A stretch of 62,277 bases of DNA, counting the filler. It is 3 parts of 3 records of this genome, joined end to end, with 100 filler letters (N's around TTAATTAATTAA, not from the genome) between each part and the next. Parts side by side here need not be neighbours in the genome. Positions count along the whole stretch, not along the records: positions 29,269 to 54,925 come from DRR723986_4958; 2 more parts are not named here. One strand, given 5' to 3'. The position numbers and the translations under genes are program-made. A model generated the notes under the pieces. The model saw only the letters and a program-made list of their open reading frames with translations, had not been told where the DNA came from and did not search any database. Below, piece by piece: positions 37,893 to 46,199 of this stretch; position 1 is the stretch's first letter; each line of letters opens with the position of its first letter.

Positions 37893-38528
37893 TTACGCCG
37901 CCCGGCCGCGCCAGAAGTCGACGGACAGGTAGTGCTGGATGGCGTATTGGCGGTGCGCATCGTGCTCTTCGTCGCTCATGTCGGGCGACCAGGCGTTGGG
38001 TTTGAATCCCTCATCGGGTTCCGTCCCCGCCAGGTGATTGGTGTAGTTCGACAGAACCTTGAGGCTGATCCCGACGATTACTTCCAGCATGGTCTGGCGC
38101 GTGTAGCCCGCCGCCAGGAAGCCCTCGATCTGCGCCTCAGACGGATAGCCGCGGGTGTCATTGACGACGGTGGCAAAGCTGCGCAGCGCCTCGAGCTTGG
38201 GGTCTTTCAGCGGCTTGCCGGTGCGCAGGGCCTCGATCACGTCGATATCGACCTTGGCCATCTGGGCGATGGTCGTGTGGGCGGCCATGCAATAGGTGCA
38301 TTCGTTCAGGCGGCTGATGGTCAGCAGGATGACCTGGCGCTCGGTCTCGGACAGTTTCGTTTTCTGGAAAATCTGGCTGAGGGTCACATAGGCCTCAATC
38401 ATCGCCGGCGCCTCGGCCATGTTGGCCAGCAGGTTGGGCGTGTAGCCGTATTTCTGGGTCGCCATTTCAAGGATCGGCTTCGAGCCTTCGGGGGCAGTTT
38501 CAACGGTGTGGGTGGTGAAGTTGGTCAT
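37893..38528 (-). CDS. Second CMD/AhpD-like peroxidase
   Basis: NECTYCMAAH, KVLSNYTNH; clear paralogue of 34654-35223. Confidence 0.88.
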   Translation of the reverse strand: MTNFTTHTVETAPEGSKPILEMATQKYGYTPNLLANMAEAPAMIEAYVTLSQIFQKTKLSETERQVILLTISRLNECTYCMAAHTTIAQMAKVDIDVIEALRTGKPLKDPKLEALRSFATVVNDTRGYPSEAQIEGFLAAGYTRQTMLEVIVGISLKVLSNYTNHLAGTEPDEGFKPNAWSPDMSDEEHDAHRQYAIQHYLSVDFWRGRAA

Positions 38529-38558
38529 GGGGTGGCTCCTAACATCGGCGCTTGGGTT

Positions 38559-38724
38559 TGTACCGTTCGGTTTAATCTTATATGGTAGTTTATACCGACC
38601 GTTCAAGACTGTTTTTGCGGAGAACGTTCTGAATCGCGTTAGCCTTTGATTTCACTTGATTTAAGGTCGAGAGATGCAAACAGATTCGGGCTTCACGTTT
38701 GGATTTTGTTGAATGATCGGTATA
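38559..38724. promoter_or_regulatory. Three related TetR-type operator sites in the divergent promoter
   Basis: TGTACCGTTCGGTTTA (38559), TATACCGACCGTTCAA (38591), TTGAATGATCGGTATA (38709). Confidence 0.6.
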
Positions 38725-38767
38725 AAAACCTATGTTTGGAGCGACTCAGTAGACGAAAGATCCTTCC

Positions 38768-39352
38768 ATGCCGTGGGAAAAAGCATTCGACACCAATGAG
38801 GCTTTGGAGCGGGCCGCCGACGTCTTCATGGCGAAAGGGTATGAAGCCACTTCGATCACCCATCTGACCAAAGGGATGGGGATCAACAAGGGCAGCCTCT
38901 ACAACGCTTTCGGCAGCAAGAAAGAGCTGTTCAAGGAGGTCCTGACCAAGTTCGTGCGCGACAACCAGGGGCCGCTGTTGGCGCAGCTGTCGGCGCTGGA
39001 TGACCCGATTGCCGCAATCGCGGCCGTGTTCGACGGCGTGGTCGCGCAAGGGCTGACCGATTTCGAGAAAAAGGGCAACCTGATCATCAACACGGCGCTG
39101 GAGATGCCCAACCATGATGAGGACGTGCAAGAAATCGTCCGGGGTGCGCTGGACAACCTCGAAGAGTTTTTTCTGGCCCTTGTGCAACGCGGCAAGGATC
39201 AGGGGCGCATACCCGAAACCATCGTAGCAGAGGACGCTGCCCGCTCTCTGGTTTCATTGACCGTCGGTATCCGGGTCCTGGCGCGCGGGGCTTTTGACGG
39301 CAACCAGATGCTGTCGATCAAGGCCAACGCCTTGCGCCTTGTCGGGAACTGA
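38768..39352 (+). CDS. TetR/AcrR family regulator
   Basis: FMAKGYEATSI..L..GMGINKGSLYNAFGSKKEL. Confidence 0.92.
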   Translation: MPWEKAFDTNEALERAADVFMAKGYEATSITHLTKGMGINKGSLYNAFGSKKELFKEVLTKFVRDNQGPLLAQLSALDDPIAAIAAVFDGVVAQGLTDFEKKGNLIINTALEMPNHDEDVQEIVRGALDNLEEFFLALVQRGKDQGRIPETIVAEDAARSLVSLTVGIRVLARGAFDGNQMLSIKANALRLVGN

Positions 39353-39369
39353 AGGGTGCCGGGCACATC

Positions 39370-40236
39370 TCAGGACGTGGCTGATATTTCGGTAAATTCC
39401 AGGAATGCACTGACACCTGCCGACTGGGGTTCCTTCCAGCAGCAGATCAGGTTCCGTTTCAGTTCGTGATCTTCGACCTCAAGGACATGCAGATCATCGC
39501 TGACCAGGCTTTTCGGAAAGAGGCCGACACCCAACCCCGCACGGATAAGATCCAAGGCGCGCTGATCCTGCGAGGTGCGATAGGTTACCTTGGGACGGAT
39601 GTTCTGCTGTGACAGAAGTTGTCCGAAGACCTTGCGGTATTCGCAATGCCTGCGCGCGATGAAGGGGAGGTCATGCAGCGTGGTGAGTGGAGCCGATTTC
39701 TGCTCAGCGAGGCGGTGGTCTTGCGCCGTGGCAATGACATAGTGCTCGGTCGACAGAACGTGTTTTTCCCAGGAAGGCGGCAGATTTTCGTCTCCTGTGT
39801 CGGCCAGGAACACGATATCTTGCCGTCCGTTGGCCAACTGGTTGATCAATGTCTGACTGTTGTCTTCCCAGACCTTGAGGCGGACAAAGCCATGGTTGCG
39901 CCGGAACTGCTCCAGCGTGGCGGCCAGCGAGGGTAGATCCATCGTGTCGCAGATGCCGATGGACAGCACCTCGCGCTCGGCGGTCTGTTTCAGGGCCGAA
40001 CGAACAGTCTCGCATTCACCGACGATGGTCTTGGCGCTGGCCATCAGGCGATGGCCTTCTGACGTCAGGGTGACCTGCCGGGCCAGACGGTTGAACAACT
40101 GCACCCCAAGATCATCCTCAAGCTTACCGATGGCCGTGGACAGCGCGGGTTGAGACACATGCGCCCGGGCAGCCCCTTTTGAGAAGCTGCCGGTTTCAGC
40201 CACGGCGAGGAATTGTTCGAGCTGTCTGAGGTTCAT
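39370..40236 (-). CDS. LysR family regulator
   Basis: MNLRQLEQFLAVAETGSFSKGA..AHVSQPALS. Confidence 0.93.
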   Translation of the reverse strand: MNLRQLEQFLAVAETGSFSKGAARAHVSQPALSTAIGKLEDDLGVQLFNRLARQVTLTSEGHRLMASAKTIVGECETVRSALKQTAEREVLSIGICDTMDLPSLAATLEQFRRNHGFVRLKVWEDNSQTLINQLANGRQDIVFLADTGDENLPPSWEKHVLSTEHYVIATAQDHRLAEQKSAPLTTLHDLPFIARRHCEYRKVFGQLLSQQNIRPKVTYRTSQDQRALDLIRAGLGVGLFPKSLVSDDLHVLEVEDHELKRNLICCWKEPQSAGVSAFLEFTEISATS

Positions 40237-40335
40237 GCCATACACATCATGTATATCTGAGATCAAAACTATTAATTTGTTAAATGAAAGGGCGTCGGGT
40301 AGTCAAGAGACATGGCCACCGAAAGGACACGCCCC

Positions 40336-41052
40336 ATGACCCAGACCGCCCTTGTCATTGGCGCCGGAGACAATCTCGGCGCTGCGATTGCCCGCAGGTT
40401 TGCGCGGGAAGGTCTGCATGTGGTGGCCTCTCGCCGTCGTGGAGATTTGTCGCCTCTGATTGCGGAGATCGAAGCTGCTGGCGGGCAAGCCACTGGGGTG
40501 CATTCTGATGCGCGGGATGAAGATGCGGTCAAGCAGTTGGTCGCAGAAGCCGAAGATATAGGCCCCATCGCAGCTTGTGTCTTCAACGTCGGCGGCAATG
40601 TCCGCATGCCCGTAGCCGAGACCACGACCCGAGTGTATCGCAAGGTCTGGGAGATGTGCGCGCTGGCCGGGTTCCTGGTGGGCCGAGAGGTTGCGGGGCG
40701 GATGAAAGAGCGTGGTCAGGGCACCATCCTGTTCACCGGCGCCTCGGCCTCGCTGCGTGGCAATGCCGGGTTCGCAGCCTTTGCTGGGGGCAAACACGCC
40801 TTGCGGGCGCTGGCCCAGAGCATGGCGCGCGAACTTGGCCCGGAAGGGGTGCATGTGGCCCATGTCATCATCGACGGGCTGATCGACAACCCGAACACCA
40901 AAGACCTGTTCCCTGCGATGTTCGAGGCCCGTGGTGAAGACGGCATCCTGAAGCCAGACGATATCGCCGAAGCCTATTGGCAGCTGCACGCCCAACCCCG
41001 GACCGCCTGGAGTTTCGAGATGGACCTGAGGCCCTTCAAGGAACCCTGGTGA
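40336..41052 (+). CDS. Short-chain dehydrogenase/reductase (atypical, FxxxK)
   Basis: GAGDNLG, TGASASLRG, FAGGKHALRALAQSMARE. Confidence 0.88.
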   Translation: MTQTALVIGAGDNLGAAIARRFAREGLHVVASRRRGDLSPLIAEIEAAGGQATGVHSDARDEDAVKQLVAEAEDIGPIAACVFNVGGNVRMPVAETTTRVYRKVWEMCALAGFLVGREVAGRMKERGQGTILFTGASASLRGNAGFAAFAGGKHALRALAQSMARELGPEGVHVAHVIIDGLIDNPNTKDLFPAMFEARGEDGILKPDDIAEAYWQLHAQPRTAWSFEMDLRPFKEPW

Positions 41053-41075
41053 GCCCCGGCTACAAGGAAAGACCC

Positions 41076-41666
41076 ATGACAAAATCATTCGATTTCTATT
41101 TCGACTTCGCATCGCCCTATGGCTATCTGGCCAGCCGCAAGGTGGGGGCGCTCGCCGCAGCCATCGGGCGTGATGTGAACTGGCGGCCCTTCCTGATCGG
41201 CGCGGTCTACAAGGCCCACGGTGGGGCTCCGTTGGCTCATCCCCTGAAGAGTGACTACGTTTTCAAGGATGTGTTCAGACGCGCCAAAATAGACGGCGTG
41301 GAGGGCATGCAGCGCCCTGCAAATTTCCCGGCCAGTTCGGTGCCGCCCTCACGTCTGGCCTATTGGATCGAACGCCAGGACCCTGACAAGATGGGGGCCT
41401 TTGTCGAAGCAGCCTACAAGGCCTTCTGGATTGATGGATGCGATACCGCCGATCCGAATGTTGCGTTGGATGCTGCCGAAAGCCTCGGCTTCGACCGGGA
41501 CGAGGCGCTGGCAGGTGCAGGAGATCAGGCGGTCAAGGACCGCCTGCGCGAGGTGACCGAAACAGCGCTGGAGCGCGGTGTCTTCGGCTCTCCTTTCATC
41601 ATGATCGACGATGAACCCTTCTGGGGCGGCGACCGTTTCGCCGACGTTGAGGCTCTCTATGGCTGA
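41076..41666 (+). CDS. 2-hydroxychromene-2-carboxylate isomerase / GST-kappa family
   Basis: FYFDFASPYGY, GVFGSP, EPFWGGDR. Confidence 0.88.
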   Translation: MTKSFDFYFDFASPYGYLASRKVGALAAAIGRDVNWRPFLIGAVYKAHGGAPLAHPLKSDYVFKDVFRRAKIDGVEGMQRPANFPASSVPPSRLAYWIERQDPDKMGAFVEAAYKAFWIDGCDTADPNVALDAAESLGFDRDEALAGAGDQAVKDRLREVTETALERGVFGSPFIMIDDEPFWGGDRFADVEALYG

Positions 41667-42900
41667 TACCATGACCTCCAACAGGCCGGGCAGGCTTCAC
41701 TACGCTTGGATCGTTGCAATCGCTGGCGGTGTGGCCACTTTCTGCGGTTTGGGGCTGGCGCGTTTTGCGTTCGGAATGCTCCTGCCGTCTATGTCGGCAT
41801 CGCTGGGCCTGGACTACGGCCAGAGCGGCGTGCTGGGCTTTGCCTATCTGATTGGCTATCTGGTGGCAGTTGCCCTGGTGCCCGTTGTTCTGCGCCGGTT
41901 TGGAAACCGCGTCACAACCAGCGCCAGCCTTGTCCTCATCGCGGTCACCATGCTGGGGATCGCGCTTGGGCAGGACTTCCTGCTTCTGTGGCTACTTTAT
42001 GCTTTGACCGGCGTGGGTAGCGGCGGCGTGGTCGTGCCGGTGATGAGCCTGGCATCGCATTGGTTCCACCCCTCTCACCGAGGCCTTGCGGCGGGTATCC
42101 TGATGTCTGGCCCCGGATTGGGCGTGATCATCTCCGGGTTTGTCGTGCCGAAACTCACCCCCATGGCCGGGTTCGAAACATGGCAATTGGGCTGGCTGTT
42201 GTTCGCGGCCATATCGGCGGGCGTTGCTGTTCTGGCCTTTGCCCTGTTGCGTGACCGCCCCGAAAACATTGGTGCCGATCCCTTTGGACGCGCCATGGAA
42301 GACCACACGGCCATCCGGGTTGAAATGAGCCGGAGGACCAAGCTTCGGATGCTGATCCACATGGGGCTGATCTTTGCCCTCTACGGTGCGACCTACATGG
42401 CCTATGTCACCTTCATCGTCACCAGCATGGTCGATACCTATGGCATGTCGCCCGAGGATGCCGGGCGCCTTTGGGCGGGGTTCGGGTTCCTCAGCCTGTT
42501 TTCCGGCATCCTGTTCGGATCAATCTCTGACCGATTGGGCCGCCGTGCCGGGATGGCACTGGCCTTTGGGGTTTTAGCAACCGCCTATCTTCTGGTCGGC
42601 TTCGGCGCGTGGATGCCCGGCCTTTACCTGTCGATCCTGCTGTTCGGCCTGGCCGCCTGGAGCATTCCGGTGATCATGTCCGCCTCTGCAGGGGATTATT
42701 TCGGCCCGGCAGGAGCCGCGAACGCCCTTGCCGCTCTGGTGTTCGTGTTCTCGGCTGGTCAGGCCGCCGGGCCGCTGCTTGCGGGTTATCTGGCCGACCT
42801 GACGGGGGATTTCACCCTCGGCTATGCCGCGGCAGGCCTCATCGCCCTTTTGACCATTCTCCTGATCCGGGCATTGCGGCCACCGCAGGTGTCCGGGTGA
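41659..42900 (+). CDS. MFS transporter (YbfB/YjiJ-like)
   Basis: GLARFAFG.LLP.M, SDRLGRR, ~12 TM segments. Confidence 0.88.
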   Translation: MADTMTSNRPGRLHYAWIVAIAGGVATFCGLGLARFAFGMLLPSMSASLGLDYGQSGVLGFAYLIGYLVAVALVPVVLRRFGNRVTTSASLVLIAVTMLGIALGQDFLLLWLLYALTGVGSGGVVVPVMSLASHWFHPSHRGLAAGILMSGPGLGVIISGFVVPKLTPMAGFETWQLGWLLFAAISAGVAVLAFALLRDRPENIGADPFGRAMEDHTAIRVEMSRRTKLRMLIHMGLIFALYGATYMAYVTFIVTSMVDTYGMSPEDAGRLWAGFGFLSLFSGILFGSISDRLGRRAGMALAFGVLATAYLLVGFGAWMPGLYLSILLFGLAAWSIPVIMSASAGDYFGPAGAANALAALVFVFSAGQAAGPLLAGYLADLTGDFTLGYAAAGLIALLTILLIRALRPPQVSG

Positions 42901-42938
42901 TCCGACCTATCGACATTCAACACGAAAGAGACCACCCC

Positions 42939-43619
42939 ATGCCCCTCAAAGCCATCGCCTTCGACGCCTACGGCACCTTGTTCGACGTCTATTCCGTCGG
43001 TGCACTGGCCGAAGATCTGTTCCCCGGAAAAGGGGCCCAGCTCGCCACCATCTGGCGCGACAAGCAGATCGAGTACACGCGCCTGCGCAACATGTGCGAC
43101 CAGTATGCGGACTTCTGGCAGGTAACGGGCGATGCCCTGGACTATGCCTGCGAAGCCTTGGGGCAGGATTTGACCCCGGACGCGCGCGACCGCCTGATGG
43201 GGCAATATGCCGAACTCTCGGCCTTTCCGGAAAACGCCGAACAGCTCCAACGCCTCAAGGAGGCGGGCATAGCTCTGTCAATCCTGTCGAACGGAACGCC
43301 CTGGATGCTGGATCAGGCTGTGAAGGCCTCGGGCCTTGATGGGTTTTTCGACCATGTGCTCAGCGTCGACACGGTCAAACGCTTCAAGACCGCACCAGAA
43401 GCCTATCAGATGGGGCCAGATACCTTTGACTGTGACGCCGGAGAGATCCTGTTTGTCTCTTCCAACTGCTGGGACATCTGCGGCGCCACCTGGTTCGGAT
43501 ACCGGACCATCTGGCTCAACCGATATGGCCTCCCCCTGGAACGCCTCGGCGTCGAGCCTCATCGCATCGGCGCGTCTCTGCAGGACGTGGCGGACTACGC
43601 CCTCGAGCTGAATACCTGA
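42939..43619 (+). CDS. L-2-haloacid dehalogenase (HAD type II)
   Basis: FDAYGTLFDV, WRDKQIEY, LSNG, FK, FVSSNCWD. Confidence 0.9.
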   Translation: MPLKAIAFDAYGTLFDVYSVGALAEDLFPGKGAQLATIWRDKQIEYTRLRNMCDQYADFWQVTGDALDYACEALGQDLTPDARDRLMGQYAELSAFPENAEQLQRLKEAGIALSILSNGTPWMLDQAVKASGLDGFFDHVLSVDTVKRFKTAPEAYQMGPDTFDCDAGEILFVSSNCWDICGATWFGYRTIWLNRYGLPLERLGVEPHRIGASLQDVADYALELNT

Positions 43620-43646
43620 AACAAAACCCAAACCAAGGAGAATTCC

Positions 43647-44009
43647 ATGCCCGTCATCCGCGTCGAGGTGCCCGAAGGCACCGATTATGACACCAAAACC
43701 CGTATCCGCAAAGGCGTAAAACAGGCCGTGCTCGACACGCTTGCCCCCAAGGAGATCAAGTACGACTACGTCGCCGTGCGTGAGGCATTCGGCATTCTGG
43801 GAGATGGCCTGCCGTTGGTCACCGTCGATTTGCGCCCTGGCCGGGATGCGGGTCGCAAGAAGGCTCTGACCGATGCCATCGCGGACATCCTGAAAAAAGA
43901 ACTGAATTCCGACCCTGTCGATCTCTACGTCCTCTTTCGGGAAAACCCCGCCGAGAACCACTACACCGGGGGAACGCCATTGCCAGATTGGGTTCCCGCC
44001 GATCAGTAA
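43647..44009 (+). CDS. Tautomerase superfamily protein (Pro-1, two beta-alpha-beta units)
   Basis: MPVIRV start; LRPGRDAGRKKAL..AI...L; VLFRENP.EN. Confidence 0.75.
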   Translation: MPVIRVEVPEGTDYDTKTRIRKGVKQAVLDTLAPKEIKYDYVAVREAFGILGDGLPLVTVDLRPGRDAGRKKALTDAIADILKKELNSDPVDLYVLFRENPAENHYTGGTPLPDWVPADQ

Positions 44010-44024
44010 ACATATTCACCGGAA

Positions 44025-44180
44025 GCGGCCACTTGTGCAGCTCGCAGCAAGTGACCGCTCTCCACCCTTGCTGTTTTTCGCTGCTGTCGCAAAGCGTGCA
44101 ATGCGGTCGTTCGTTTCGAGGGGGCAACGGCCGTTTTGTCCGCGTTGGCGACCTTCGCGGCAGCTTTGTTGAACGGCAGT
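44025..44180. repeat. Right cargo-flanking array of inverted 9-mer boxes
   Basis: GCGGCCACT-16-AGTGACCGC; GCGGTCGTT-14-AACGGCCGT-12-GGCGACCTT-16-AACGGCAGT. Confidence 0.6.
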
Positions 44181-44202
44181 TTTCTCTACTTAAGGACGGG
44201 TA

Positions 44203-44490
44203 TCATTTCCTCATGTCGTTCAGGAATTCCAGAACGCGCGCATAGTCTCCACTGACCACGCGCGCTTGCTCGAAGACCTCTCGCCTCTGCTGATCTAGGC
44301 AACGGAAATAATTCTCGACATCCGCAAAATAAGCCTCCGCATCGCGCTTCAACAGATCCGCATAGGCCTGCACGTCATCGGCATCGGTCGGCATCCACGG
44401 CGGCGCAGGCGGCAAACAACTGCCCGCGATCGCGGCAGATCCCCAGCTCAGAACGACCATAGCCACGCATGTTTGTTTCAAAAGCCCCAT
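44203..44490 (-). CDS. Small secreted hypothetical protein (T4SS-adjacent backbone gene)
   Basis: Signal peptide, CLPPAPP...YF.DVENYFRCLD. Confidence 0.65.
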   Translation of the reverse strand: MGLLKQTCVAMVVLSWGSAAIAGSCLPPAPPWMPTDADDVQAYADLLKRDAEAYFADVENYFRCLDQQRREVFEQARVVSGDYARVLEFLNDMRK

Positions 44491-44653
44491 ATTATCTTGG
44501 CTCAGCCACTCCGTTGCAGTAAATTTGTTTCAACGCATGAAGGGCGCAACAACTCAAATTGCACCTATTGATTGCAAGATTATAATATTGTATCGGTTCG
44601 GTAGTCCATGAGGGACTGCCGGGCCAATGCACAATTCTGCAAGGCTCGATCCT

Positions 44654-44980
44654 ATGAATTTGATGCAAGACGCCCCTAATGTTGTCAGTGAAGACGGGCT
44701 GCGCACACTACTTGCCGAGGGTCATTCGGCGGATGTTGTGTGCCGGGTTACGCCCAAACGTACAGGTGCTCAGTGGTCCGGAGTTTGGACCGTGCATTGC
44801 GTCTCGCCAGATGGCGAGACGCGTCGCCTGCTCGTCACCGCGCGTAACAACATGGCGGCCCGAGAGTTTAAGACAATCAACGGCTTATCCAGCTTCCTCG
44901 CCGGGCTTGGTGTTTCGATCGTCTCGATCCCCATGTTCGAAGGCAAGATCGCCTCTCACAAGTTGGACGACGCGGGCTAA
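44654..44980 (+). CDS. KorA-like putative T4SS regulator
   Basis: LVTAR....REFKT..GL..FL..LG resembles IncN/IncW KorA-type proteins from memory; first gene of the virB operon. Confidence 0.5.
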   Translation: MNLMQDAPNVVSEDGLRTLLAEGHSADVVCRVTPKRTGAQWSGVWTVHCVSPDGETRRLLVTARNNMAAREFKTINGLSSFLAGLGVSIVSIPMFEGKIASHKLDDAG

Positions 44981-45623
44981 GCCACTTGCCGTCTTCGCAG
45001 CATTCCTAGCTGCCCCGGCCTATTCCGAAGGCTTCGTGCTTTCCATGCGAGCCGATGGCCAGCTGGAGACCAAATCCCCCCAATCAGGTTTTGCGCAAAG
45101 CTATGTCGACGGGATTGGTGAAAACCCGCCAGAGCTGATCGTTTTTGCAGTGCCTGAGCCTGAAGCTCCGCCTCCTGCACCCGCCCGCGCCGTTCCCCGC
45201 CCCGAAGTCCTGTCAGCCATTGAAAGCACGGCGCATCGTTATGGCGGGCACCCCGCGCTGCGCCGTGCTGGCCTCTCCGTTTCCGAATGGCAGGCGCTGT
45301 TCCAAGCCAATATCGAGATCGAAAGCGCCTATCGCCCAAATGCGCGCAGTTCCGCAGGCGCGATTGGCCTTGGACAGCTGATGCACGCGACGGCCGCGCA
45401 GCTCGGCGTGGATCCGCATGACTGGCAGGCCAACCTCGACGGCTCAGCCCGCTACCTTCTGATGATGCTGGCGCAGTTCGGCACGCCCGAACTCGCGCTC
45501 GCTGCCTATAACGCGGGACCAGACGCGGTCACGCGCTATGGCGGCATCCCTCCCTACCGAGAAACCCAAAATCACGTGCGCCGGGTCATGGCCGTGCGTG
45601 ACCGACTGACTGGAGCCTCCTGA
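44910..45623 (+). CDS. virB1: VirB1-like lytic transglycosylase
   Basis: IESAY, GAIGLGQLM, ALAAYNAG, ETQNHV; GTG start uncertain. Confidence 0.85.
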   Translation: MFRSSRSPCSKARSPLTSWTTRAKPLAVFAAFLAAPAYSEGFVLSMRADGQLETKSPQSGFAQSYVDGIGENPPELIVFAVPEPEAPPPAPARAVPRPEVLSAIESTAHRYGGHPALRRAGLSVSEWQALFQANIEIESAYRPNARSSAGAIGLGQLMHATAAQLGVDPHDWQANLDGSARYLLMMLAQFGTPELALAAYNAGPDAVTRYGGIPPYRETQNHVRRVMAVRDRLTGAS

Positions 45624-45913
45624 TGCACACACAACTCCGCACGATCCTGTCGCTGGCTCTGGCCAGTTTGATGATTGCCAACCCGGCCCTTGCACAGAGC
45701 ATCGATCTCTCCCCGGTGCAGAACCTTCTTCAAGGCATTGTCGACACGATCACCGGCCCCTTGGGCATTGTGATCGGCACCCTGGCCCTGATTGGCGTGT
45801 TCCTCTCCTGGCTCTTTGGCATTCTGGATTTCCGCCAGGCTCTTTGGGTGCTGGTCGCTATCGCAGGCATCGCAGCTGCGCCGACCATCGTGACCGCCAT
45901 CTGGGGCGCATAA
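45623..45913 (+). CDS. virB2: VirB2/TrbC major pilin
   Basis: Signal peptide ending PALA|Q, two hydrophobic helices, operon position. Confidence 0.85.
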   Translation: MHTQLRTILSLALASLMIANPALAQSIDLSPVQNLLQGIVDTITGPLGIVIGTLALIGVFLSWLFGILDFRQALWVLVAIAGIAAAPTIVTAIWGA

Positions 45914-45920
45914 ATCCGGC

Positions 45921-46199
45921 ATGGCAACGCAAACCCGCCTCTTCCTGGGCCTGATCCGGCCGCCAAAGCTCATCGGCTTACCAATCATGTATGCAATGGT
46001 TTGGCTCTTCGGGTTTGTGTTGCTGTTTCTTTGGGTCCAAAGCTGGCCGGTGATCATCATCGCCGCTCTGGCCTATCCCGCACTTTGGAAAGCGGCCGAT
46101 TGGGATCCTGCCTTTCTTGAGGTGATGGTCACCACCCTGCAGGAAACGCCGCCCACCCCGAACCGCAAGATCCATTCGGGGGACAGCTATGCTCCATAA
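45921..46199 (+). CDS. virB3: VirB3 family protein
   Basis: LFLGLIRPPKLIGLP...WDPAF...SYAP, overlaps the virB4 start. Confidence 0.88.
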   Translation: MATQTRLFLGLIRPPKLIGLPIMYAMVWLFGFVLLFLWVQSWPVIIIAALAYPALWKAADWDPAFLEVMVTTLQETPPTPNRKIHSGDSYAP

